In this document: positions 37,080 to 45,395 of the stretch, piece by piece
Position numbering within the stretch: the first letter of the stretch is position 1
Layout of the letters: each line of letters starts with the position of its first letter
Source of the DNA: an uncultured Clostridia bacterium
GTDB lineage: Bacteria > Bacillota > Clostridia > TANB77 > CAG-508
Assembly (NCBI GenBank): GCA_947626605.1
Contig: CANQSV010000005.1
Span: forward strand, 647-64,646
DNA: 64,000 nt
Direction: 5' to 3'
The notes under the pieces: generated by a model
The model's input: the letters and a program-made list of their open reading frames with translations, nothing else
What the model was told of the DNA's origin: nothing
Database searches by the model: none
Position numbers and translations under genes: made by a program

Positions 37080-38144
37080 CTACTTTTTCATACTTTCTAT
37101 TAATCTGTTATAGGTTTCTTCTAAATCTATTTCTGGTTTCCACCCTAATTTTTGCATTTTATCTGAATTTAACTTCATTTTCACATCTGGTGCATATCCA
37201 TATTTTAAATTATCTTCTGGTATATCAAATATTACTTTTATTTCTCCATTTCCGAATTTCGAAGCTACCATTTCTGCCATGTCTTTTATCATTATATTGG
37301 ACTTTGGATTTGAAATATTATATGCCTGCCCAGCTTCTCCTTTAGTTAGTAACATTAATATTGCCATTACTGCATCCCTCGAATAGCAGTAATTTCCATA
37401 TGACAATCCCTTCGTATGTAAAATTATATCTTTCTTTTCTATCACACTTTTCGCAAATTGAGCAAAAACCCTGTTTTCATTTTTAGAAATTCCTGCTCCA
37501 AAAACTTGTGCTAAACGTGCAATTTTTACATTTAATTTATATTCTTGTGCATAGCAAGAACACATACATTCTACTATTCTTTTTCCTTCTGAATAGCAAC
37601 TTCTAACATTGTGTATATCTATATATCCCAGATCTTCTTCTTTTACAGATTCTAGCTTTGGATCAGTTATTCCAAAAGCTTCCATTGATGATAAATATAC
37701 CATGCCCTTTACATTTTTAGCTTTTGCTAGACTTAATATGTTTTTTGTTCCAAAAATTGATGTATCTATCACTTCTACTGGATGAGTAACAAACTCTTTT
37801 GAAGCCGTACAACTTGCACAATGAATTATATAGTCTATATTATAGTCTATATTAATTTCATCACATATATCGCAATATATAACTTTTAAATTATTATTGT
37901 CTTTACAATTATAATATAGCTCTTCAAATTTTTCTTTGCTTCTTGCCATTGCGATAATATTTATATTAGTATTGTTTTTCCTATTACTACAAATTAATGA
38001 TTTTACTATAATTGAACCTATTAACCCTGTAGTTCCAGTAACTAATATTGTAGAATTTTTTAATTCACTCCAGTCTATTTTTTTAGCGATACAATCTAAA
38101 TCCTCTTGGAAAATATTATCGTTAGGGCTTTCTAAATTTTCCAT
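37080..38144 (-). CDS. NAD(P)-dependent SDR (epimerase/dehydratase fold), likely ribulose-5-P reductase partner of TarI
   Basis: VTGTTGLIGS Rossmann motif and YSEGKR (YxxxK). Immediately downstream of the cytidylyltransferase. Confidence 0.6.
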   Translation of the reverse strand: MENLESPNDNIFQEDLDCIAKKIDWSELKNSTILVTGTTGLIGSIIVKSLICSNRKNNTNINIIAMARSKEKFEELYYNCKDNNNLKVIYCDICDEINIDYNIDYIIHCASCTASKEFVTHPVEVIDTSIFGTKNILSLAKAKNVKGMVYLSSMEAFGITDPKLESVKEEDLGYIDIHNVRSCYSEGKRIVECMCSCYAQEYKLNVKIARLAQVFGAGISKNENRVFAQFAKSVIEKKDIILHTKGLSYGNYCYSRDAVMAILMLLTKGEAGQAYNISNPKSNIMIKDMAEMVASKFGNGEIKVIFDIPEDNLKYGYAPDVKMKLNSDKMQKLGWKPEIDLEETYNRLIESMKK

Positions 38145-38155
38145 TTGTTTTCCTC

Positions 38156-38878
38156 CTAAGCAAATAGGTCTGAATTTTCTTTTGATTCTAATAAGGCCTT
38201 GAAAATATAATAATCATCTGGTGTAGTTATCTTTATATTTTCACTACTTCCCATAACAATATTCAACTTTTTATTATAATGTTTCATTAAAGAACATGAA
38301 TCTATTGCTTCTGTATACCCATCTTCTTTTGCTTTATTATGTATTTCAAAAATTTCGTTTAATTTAAAACTTTGTGGAGCTCTAGCAATTCTACTATTAG
38401 CTCGAACGTTTGTCCCTTCAATAGCATTATCATTGTCAACAGTTACTACTGTTTCTTTACATTCTACACATGTTATTGCATTTCCATATTTTTTAACAGT
38501 TGCAATATTATCATCTATTAATTTGTTACCTATAAGTGGTCTTACTCCATCATGTATTAATACTATATCATCATTGCTATCAGATATTTCCTTTGCAGCC
38601 TTCAATCCATTATATATTGACTCTTGTCCATTTTTTCCACCTTTTACAATTGCTTTAACTTTTGTAATATCATATTTTTTTACTAATTTCCACAAATAGT
38701 CGATATATCCGTCTACGCATGCAATAGTTATTGCATCAATATTTTCATTTTCTTGGAATTTTTCTAGTGTATGTATAATAATAGGCTTCCCGTGCACGTT
38801 TAAAAATTGCTTTGGTGTTCCTCCTGTAGTTTTCATTCTGCTACCAACACCACCTGCAAAAATAACTGCAATATTCAT
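38156..38878 (-). CDS. tarI: IspD/TarI-family cytidylyltransferase (probable D-ribitol-5-phosphate cytidylyltransferase)
   Basis: IFAGGVGSRM and HDGVRP motifs, in a teichoic-acid gene context. Confidence 0.7.
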   Translation of the reverse strand: MNIAVIFAGGVGSRMKTTGGTPKQFLNVHGKPIIIHTLEKFQENENIDAITIACVDGYIDYLWKLVKKYDITKVKAIVKGGKNGQESIYNGLKAAKEISDSNDDIVLIHDGVRPLIGNKLIDDNIATVKKYGNAITCVECKETVVTVDNDNAIEGTNVRANSRIARAPQSFKLNEIFEIHNKAKEDGYTEAIDSCSLMKHYNKKLNIVMGSSENIKITTPDDYYIFKALLESKENSDLFA

Positions 38879-39395
38879 ATTTATACCTCCTGTTTTTATT
38901 TATTCTCATTTTTCTTTTGTTTCAAATGTTTGTAAATAAATTGCTCAAATAGTTACTATATAAATTTTATTGCTGTAATTTATGCCAAGCTCAAATGTTT
39001 TTATTTTTAAGCTAATGTTAAGTCTATATCTGATTCTTAACTTTTTTCATTCTATATAATGATATGTTTTTTACACCTGGTGTATATTATTTCATGTTTT
39101 CAGAGATTTTTCAACCCTTTTTTACATTTTTTGACTTTCTTTGCGTATATTTTTAATAATATTATGGATTTAACGACTTTTTTTATCTAAATAATGCACT
39201 TTTCCCTCACATTTTTTTATTCGCTTTTGATATCTACTTCCTCTTGGATTGCACATTATGACCACAATTTTATTTTATTTTTTATCATCTGAAGCAGTTG
39301 TCAAGTTTTCCTTGACGACTGAATCTCCTCTCAATTCATTTTCTTCAACTATATTTGTAATTTCTTTTAGTTTGCTCTCTAATAATTTTTATCTA

Positions 39396-39767
39396 TCAAT
39401 TATAAAATTCTTTTTCTTCTATTGTTTTCGTCATACTCAAAATCATTAAATTATTAGTCCAACTAATTTGTGTCACCAGTGGTGACACAATTGGATAATC
39501 TTTATAGGTTTCGTAAAATTGTTTCATTCTATAAATTCCACGTTTATTAAATCCCTTCATTGTTGGATATTCTCTTTTCATAAAGTCTACTAACTTATCT
39601 ACAATCTTTTCTCCCCAATTAGCATCATTTACTTTTTCACTTATATATTTTCCAAAATCCCAATATAAAGAAATTAGTTCTTCATTTACCTTTTTATAAG
39701 CATTATTTCTTCTAGTTTCTATCATATTCACAATTTCGTTAAAACTTAAATCCAAATTATTTTCCAA
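39396..39767 (-). pseudogene. N-terminal fragment of a DUF1016/YhcG-family (PD-(D/E)XK nuclease) gene
   Basis: The translation matches only the DUF1016 N-terminal domain pattern (LISLYWDFGKYISEK...QISWTNNLMIL...EEKEFY). It then hits stops, a further piece continues in another frame, and the nuclease domain is absent. Confidence 0.6.
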
Positions 39768-39806
39768 TCGCACTCCTCCTCATTGTCAATTTTTATTTTT
39801 TATCAT

Positions 39807-39959
39807 TACATAATGTGTGTTATTTTCATCTGTTTCTTCAAACCCCATTTTTTTATATAACTTAATTGCTCTTTCATTTAATTTAAATGCTTGTAATTTT
39901 ATTTTCAAGAAGTTAGATTTCTTTTAACATTTCTTTTATAATATCATGCTTTTGATACC
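39807..39959. pseudogene. Remnant second copy of the queH-GNAT gene (GNAT 3' end plus a 43-nt internal queH piece)
   Basis: 39807-39903 matches 40641-40736 with about 5 mismatches. 39917-39959 matches 41297-41339. Confidence 0.75.
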
Positions 39960-39992
39960 TTTTTTCCTCTGCTGTAGACGATTAAGACCACT

Positions 39993-40607
39993 TTAATTGT
40001 TTTTTAAATCTTCTGTTTTATACAAATTATATCCTTCATATCTATAACTTGCATCAATGCCTTTCATGTAAACCTCTCTATCATTTGTTTTTTCAGTTAA
40101 TGCCTCTTTTATCAAAAACTTGATCTCCGTATTTTTAATTGGACTTCTTTCCATAGCTAATAAATAGTCTTCTTTATCTATTTTGCTCCAATCAACAACT
40201 TTACCAAGTTTCTTTTTTAAAATCATATCTAGCCAAATTCTTGTACTTCTCCCGTTTCCTTCTCTAAAAGGATGAGCAATATTCATTTCAACATATTTTT
40301 CTATAATTTCATCAAAATTTGATTGTGGCATATTATCTATTTTTCTTAATGCCTCTTTCAAATACATTGCTGATGCAAACCTAAAGTTGTTTTTGGAAAT
40401 ATTTTCTGTCCTTATTTTCCCTGCAAATTCATATATATCTTCAAATAAATATTTATGAATTTGAGATAAACCTTGAAAAGTTCCAATTTCAAATTCATTT
40501 AATTTTCCAGTTTCAAATAATTCTATTGCTTTTAATTTTGTTATTCTTTCTTCCTCTTTAGCAAGTTCTACTTCATTATCTAAGCCTAACTTATTTTTTA
40601 ATATCAT
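39993..40607 (-). CDS. fic: Fic-domain protein (AMPylase family), class III with a C-terminal inhibitory helix
   Basis: Fic motif [13 protein letters not shown]-terminal SYRYEG fits the [ST]xxxE[GN] auto-inhibition motif. SD GGAGGAG. Confidence 0.85.
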   Translation of the reverse strand: MILKNKLGLDNEVELAKEEERITKLKAIELFETGKLNEFEIGTFQGLSQIHKYLFEDIYEFAGKIRTENISKNNFRFASAMYLKEALRKIDNMPQSNFDEIIEKYVEMNIAHPFREGNGRSTRIWLDMILKKKLGKVVDWSKIDKEDYLLAMERSPIKNTEIKFLIKEALTEKTNDREVYMKGIDASYRYEGYNLYKTEDLKNN

Positions 40608-40619
40608 TAATTCTCCTCC

Positions 40620-40872
40620 TTACCTTAAATATTTTATATATATGTAATGTGTGTTGTTTTCATCTGTTTTTTCAAACCCCATTTTTTCATATAACTTAAT
40701 TGCTCTTTCATTTAATTTAAATGCTTGTAATTTTATATTTTTACCTTTGTTCTCAAATATAATTTCTTTTAATATTACTGTTCCAATTCCTTTGTTTTGA
40801 TACTCTGGTTTTATACAAATATTGCCTATTTCAAAAGTATTATTACCTATTTCTTTTCCATTGTAAAATCCG
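40620..40872 (-). CDS. C-terminal two-thirds of a GNAT acetyltransferase domain, out of frame with the upstream queH ORF
   Basis: Translation GFYNGKEIGNNTFEIGNICIKPEYQNKGIGTVILKEII...LQAFKLNERAIKLYEKMGFEKTDENNTHYIYIKYLR* contains the Q/RxxGxG/A acetyl-CoA motif. Confidence 0.7.
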
Positions 40873-41682
40873 AACTAATTCGTCTTTTATATATATAAGC
40901 TCTATATTTTTTGAATTTTCCTTCATAAATTTATCAAATAACTTTTTTTGTATCTCTTCATTCCATTCTCCATAAATTTCTTCTACATATTTTTGATAAA
41001 CTTCCTTTTTTAAATCATAGATAAACTCAATTTGTTCTTTATTACCATTTTTGTATGGTCTTAATTCTAAATTTGGTACTTCCCAATTCAATCTAATTTT
41101 TTGCTCTGTTATTTTATTTTCATGAATTTGGGATTTCTTATCAGAAATAATGTGGTCATAATTTGAATTTTCCTCTGAAAATACACATCCACAATACTTT
41201 TGCATATACAAGCCTAATTCTCTTGCTTTATTTTGCCCTTGTCTAAAACCTTCTCTAAAATCTCTATAAACAAATTCTAATTCATATTTTTCTGCAATTT
41301 CTTTTAACATTTCTTTTATAACATCATGTTTTTGGTATGGACTTACAAATAATGTTGTTGTTATTGCATCATATCCATTTTCTTTTGCATATTTTGCTGT
41401 TTGCTCTAATCGTACTCTATAACAATAATTGCTACATCTATTTTCTAAATCATTTATAACGTTTTTACAAAATTCTTTTAAGCCATATTCTTCTTCAAAT
41501 ATCGCTTTTATATTTATCATTTCTGAATATTGTTTTAAAGTATCTCTTCTAGCTTTGTATTCCATATATGGATGAATATTAGGATTATACCAATATAATG
41601 TTGGCTCTATTCCTTCTTCTCTTAATTTATCTATACAATACACACTACAAGGTGCACAGCAAGTATGCATTAAAAGTTTCAT
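40843..41682 (-). CDS. queH: Epoxyqueuosine reductase QueH fused to the N-terminal part of a GNAT domain
   Basis: HTCCAPCS and YCGCVFSE cluster-binding motifs of QueH (DUF208). The tail ELRPYKNGNKEQIEF...IELIYIKDELV is a GNAT beginning. ATG at 41682. Confidence 0.8.
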   Translation of the reverse strand: MKLLMHTCCAPCSVYCIDKLREEGIEPTLYWYNPNIHPYMEYKARRDTLKQYSEMINIKAIFEEEYGLKEFCKNVINDLENRCSNYCYRVRLEQTAKYAKENGYDAITTTLFVSPYQKHDVIKEMLKEIAEKYELEFVYRDFREGFRQGQNKARELGLYMQKYCGCVFSEENSNYDHIISDKKSQIHENKITEQKIRLNWEVPNLELRPYKNGNKEQIEFIYDLKKEVYQKYVEEIYGEWNEEIQKKLFDKFMKENSKNIELIYIKDELVRILQWKRNR

Positions 41683-41826
41683 TTTTATCAACCTCTCTAT
41701 AAGCATTAATAATACTGTAATTTTAACATATTATATAAACTTTTAAAACCTTTTATTTTTGTTTTTTGTATATTTTTTTTAATATTTCAAAAAATATTTA
41801 TATGTTTGAAAGGAGATCTAATACGC

Positions 41827-42459
41827 ATGAATTTATCTAAATTTAAAATAAATATTATAGTTAGAAGATTGTTTTTTATACTATTACTGGTATTTTTCAC
41901 ATTTTCTCTATATGGTTGTTCTAATAATAATTCTAAACCAAATTCAGATTACAATGTTTCTCATCTTTCAAATAATGAAACTATAGAGCCATCATACGAA
42001 GAAATTTTAGTATCTAAATTTTCAACAAAATTATTAGGAACTGACAAAAATAGAAATACTAATATTAAACTTGCTTGTGATGAAATTAATGCTACTATTA
42101 TTGAACCTGGTAAAACTTTTTCTTTTTGGAACATAGTAAAAGATACCTCAAAGGAAAAAGGTTATAAAGAAGCTGAAGCTTTAGATGGTGATGGAGAAAA
42201 AATTCAAGCTTTAGGTGGTGGAATTTGTCAGATTTCTAGCACTATTTATAATGCTGTTTTAAAAGATGAAGATAAATTTGAAGTAGTAGAACGTCATCCT
42301 CATAGTGATGATGTAGCATATGTTCCTAAAGGTAAAGATGCTTCTGTAAATAAAGGAACTGCTGATTTTAAATTTAAAAATAATTCCGAATTTCCCATAA
42401 AGATTTACACTAAGGTAGAAAGTAAAAAAGTAAAAGTAGAAATTTATGAGTTAAAGTAA
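41827..42459 (+). CDS. VanW-family protein (lipoprotein-like N-terminus)
   Basis: GKTFSFWNIV...GGGICQISSTIYNA...ERHPHS motifs. The ATG at 41827 follows AAAGGAGA. Confidence 0.8.
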   Translation: MNLSKFKINIIVRRLFFILLLVFFTFSLYGCSNNNSKPNSDYNVSHLSNNETIEPSYEEILVSKFSTKLLGTDKNRNTNIKLACDEINATIIEPGKTFSFWNIVKDTSKEKGYKEAEALDGDGEKIQALGGGICQISSTIYNAVLKDEDKFEVVERHPHSDDVAYVPKGKDASVNKGTADFKFKNNSEFPIKIYTKVESKKVKVEIYELK

Positions 42460-42473
42460 CCTACTTATCAAAA

Positions 42474-42512
42474 ATAAAAAGAGATGATATCTAAAGTTTC
42501 ATCTCCTTTTTA
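42474..42512. terminator. Bidirectional terminator between the vanW-like gene and the kinase gene
   Basis: AAAAAGAGATGA-loop-TCATCTCCTTTTT. Confidence 0.6.
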
Positions 42513-43994
42513 TTATATTTTTTCTATAATTATATTACTGTTTTTATTTTGTTCTCTGATTTCATCTGCTCTGTGTGAACGAATTTTATATTCGCAGTTA
42601 TTGTCAAATTTTATTATTATTGCTTTTGAATAATTTTCTGAATTATCTTCTTCTATAATCAAACTACCCTTGCTTTCTTTTAAAGTTTCAAATGTAGTCA
42701 TAAAACCTATTCCAGTACCACCACTGTCTTTATGTGTTGTTATTTGTTCTTTTCCGAGTTTTAGTAATGTTTCTATTTCAAATTCTATACCAGTATCATA
42801 AATTTTTATTTCGTATATATCATCTATTTTATCAAACACTACTAGTATTTTACGCAATTCATTTTTACTATAATTTATTGCTATTATTGCATCATTAATG
42901 TGGTCAGCCAATAAAGTAGCTAGTTTACTTTGGTTTACAATATTCGTTATTAAATCTTTTATATTACATTTGACATCTACTTGAAATTCTATGTTATCAT
43001 TGTTTGCTTTATTTGCCATATATTCTAATATATTGTCTATACTGAATACATTGGTTTTTGGCAATTTTGATTCTGCTTCAAAAGTTTCGCTTTTATAATC
43101 TTTTGCTAATTCTTTTACTAGATTGATGATTTCATTGTTTTCTTCTGCAAATTCTTCATTAAATTTTGCTTTTACTATTGCTCTTTCCATTGCTGAAATT
43201 CTATGATTGTATTTGTGATTAATTTTTAAAGTTTTATCTAAATCTATTTTTAGATTTTCTATAATTTTATCTTTTTCTTTTATTTGTTCATTTAAATATT
43301 CAACAGTTCTATCTTTCATTTTGGATTTGTAGTGGTTGGTGATGGAACGTTGGATGAGGAAGATAATTAATATTATTCCAAATATGATTAACAATATTGT
43401 AGTTCCAAATATAATACGCTTTTTAGTTATAGTAAATATGATATCAAGAATTATTGTAACAATTAATATAAGAGTCATTATATTTATTTCCATTGACAAA
43501 GTTTCTTCCTTGATAAAAGGAAAACCATCTTTAAATCTCTTTAACTTAAAGAAATAATATATTATTATAATTTGAATAACTCCTGCTATAAAGAATTCCA
43601 TTAAACTATTTATAATTTTATTAAAAATTTTTGCTTTTATTATATAGAAAAGTATAGCTGATGCTACAAAATAATCCATGAAAGAAAAACACATTGCCAT
43701 TAACATTATTACTAAGAAATTTTTATCAAATTCTTTCAGCATAATTGCAAATATTAATAAATATATACTATAACATATAAGGTTCATGAGCACTGGGGGT
43801 AAAAAACTATTTATATTTTCACGTATTATTGAATATAATATACTGGTCATAATATTAGTTAAAATTATTGATATAATATATTTTTTATTAACTTTGCTTC
43901 CTCTATTATATCCTTTAATCTTTATAAATGAATAAGATATACACCAATTCATAAAAAATGTTTTAACAAATATAATCATAAAATTTTCAATCAT
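42513..43994 (-). CDS. Polytopic sensor histidine kinase, AgrC-like (HPK10 / GHKL HATPase_c_5 type)
   Basis: 6-7 N-terminal TM helices. H-box-like INHKYNHRISAM, N-box LADHINDAI, G-boxes DTGIEF and GGTGIGF. Confidence 0.75.
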   Translation of the reverse strand: MIENFMIIFVKTFFMNWCISYSFIKIKGYNRGSKVNKKYIISIILTNIMTSILYSIIRENINSFLPPVLMNLICYSIYLLIFAIMLKEFDKNFLVIMLMAMCFSFMDYFVASAILFYIIKAKIFNKIINSLMEFFIAGVIQIIIIYYFFKLKRFKDGFPFIKEETLSMEINIMTLILIVTIILDIIFTITKKRIIFGTTILLIIFGIILIIFLIQRSITNHYKSKMKDRTVEYLNEQIKEKDKIIENLKIDLDKTLKINHKYNHRISAMERAIVKAKFNEEFAEENNEIINLVKELAKDYKSETFEAESKLPKTNVFSIDNILEYMANKANNDNIEFQVDVKCNIKDLITNIVNQSKLATLLADHINDAIIAINYSKNELRKILVVFDKIDDIYEIKIYDTGIEFEIETLLKLGKEQITTHKDSGGTGIGFMTTFETLKESKGSLIIEEDNSENYSKAIIIKFDNNCEYKIRSHRADEIREQNKNSNIIIEKI

Positions 43995-44060
43995 ATTTCT
44001 AACCTCTTTTTTATTATATTTAATATATTAGAAATAATCAAGGAAAAAATCAATACCAAT

Positions 44061-44199
44061 GTAGGGGTCGGCGTCCTCGACGACCCGCAAAGAATAAAAC
44101 TTATAGAGATGTTAATCTATAATAATTATAAAATAGTACAAAATTAACATCTCTACAAGTTCCACAAATCACGGGTCGTCGAGGACGCCGACCCCTACA
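44061..44199. repeat. 139-bp REPIN/MITE-like palindromic doublet: B(-) A(-) ... A(+) B(+)
   Basis: GTAGGGGTCGGCGTCCTCGACGACCCGc at 44061-44088. TATAGAGATGTTAAT at 44102-44116. AATTAACATCTCTACA at 44142-44157. cGGGTCGTCGAGGACGCCGACCCCTACA at 44172-44199. Confidence 0.85.
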
Positions 44200-44259
44200 A
44201 TAAACATTATATCAAATGTCCTATTATAATATGTTTTATTTCTAATTAATACCTAAAAA

Positions 44260-44307
44260 TTATCTTCCAAACATTTTTCTTATGTATTCTAAAAGCTCCC
44301 ACCACAT
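44260..44307 (-). CDS. Candidate 15-aa small ORF MWWELLEYIRKMFGR
   Basis: ATG lies 7 nt after GAGAGGTG. It sits between the terminator of the Spo0A-like gene and the kinase gene. Too short for any compositional support. Confidence 0.15.
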   Translation of the reverse strand: MWWELLEYIRKMFGR

Positions 44308-44355
44308 CCTAAATCACCTCTCTTCATTGAAGAATTTTATGTAAAACTTTACTAC

Positions 44356-44393
44356 ATAAAAAAATACTACTTAAACTGTTTTGTTTAAGTAGT
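44356..44393 (-). terminator. Intrinsic terminator after the Spo0A-like regulator gene
   Basis: The minus strand reads ACTACTTAAAC-loop-GTTTAAGTAGT followed by T7. Confidence 0.75.
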
Positions 44394-44432
44394 TTCGTGA
44401 TTTAAAATGTTTGAGCAATTATAATTAATTGG

Positions 44433-45221
44433 CTATATTGCCTTTTTTATTTTATCTACATAATAATATATAAATTCTGTTGGCTTTGGAACTCCTGTAT
44501 TATAATTTACTACTGCTGTATAGTATTTTTGTAAATCTTCTATTGATGATTTTCTCCATGCATGTTCTATTGCAGTTTGTATTGAACGTCCTATTGTGCT
44601 GTTTCCTTTTTTGTATTTCTTTGCTAAATATATAAATGCATTTTCTTTCTCTTCTTTTTCATCTAGCAAGTACATTATTACATCATGTATATATTTTCTT
44701 CCAACAAGATGAGAACTTATTCCTATTAAATCTAATTCTCTATTTATCCTTTCAGATATTCTTTCTCTATATTCTCCCTCACTTTGTTTTTCTATATCAT
44801 TTTCTAACTTTTCATTTGTTTTTATTTTACTAAGTAATACTATGTTCCTTATTACTAAATCTGGAGAATAATCTTCTTTCAATTTGTGAAATATCATATC
44901 AACACCGTTTTCATGTGCATATGTATATACTGTTTTTGATGATATATTTGTTGTTATTACAATTATTGGTTTAAAATCCAATTTCAAACTTTTCAGTTTC
45001 TCTAATATTTCTAAACCTGAACCCTCTCCATTATTTAATTCTATATCTAAAATTATTGCATCTGGAATGTATGTTTTTATTGATTCTATTGCCTTTTCTG
45101 GAGAGTTTACTATATTTATTAGTTTTACATCATCTCTTGTATTTATATAATTTTTCATGTTTATACAATCTGTTTTATCATCTTCAATTAACAAAACTGT
45201 GATTGGTCTCTTGTTACTCAT
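44433..45221 (-). CDS. Response regulator with a Spo0A-type C-terminal DNA-binding domain (Spo0A paralog)
   Basis: REC domain (LLIEDD, ILDIEL). The C-terminus IGISSHLVGRKYIHDVIMYLL...NSTIGRSIQTAIEHAW parallels Spo0A_C (GVPAHIKGYxYLR...SRVERAIRHAIEVAW). Confidence 0.7.
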   Translation of the reverse strand: MSNKRPITVLLIEDDKTDCINMKNYINTRDDVKLINIVNSPEKAIESIKTYIPDAIILDIELNNGEGSGLEILEKLKSLKLDFKPIIVITTNISSKTVYTYAHENGVDMIFHKLKEDYSPDLVIRNIVLLSKIKTNEKLENDIEKQSEGEYRERISERINRELDLIGISSHLVGRKYIHDVIMYLLDEKEEKENAFIYLAKKYKKGNSTIGRSIQTAIEHAWRKSSIEDLQKYYTAVVNYNTGVPKPTEFIYYYVDKIKKAI

Positions 45222-45257
45222 AAGTAATTGTCTCCTTTACTTTTTAAACATATACAT

Positions 45258-45278
45258 TAAGAATATACCATATTCTTA
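45258..45278. promoter_or_regulatory. Perfect 9-3-9 palindrome TAAGAATATaccATATTCTTA in the divergent regulator/XRE promoter region
   Basis: Read directly from the sequence. It lies 37 nt upstream of the regulator start codon and 118 nt upstream of the XRE gene. Confidence 0.35.
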
Positions 45279-45395
45279 CACAAAATTCTACATAAAACTA
45301 CATTTTACTCATGTTTTTCTATTATTTTTAATTATCTATACTATTTCTTTCTATATTAAAATCAAAATACTAATTTTTTTTATCTGGAGGATTTT

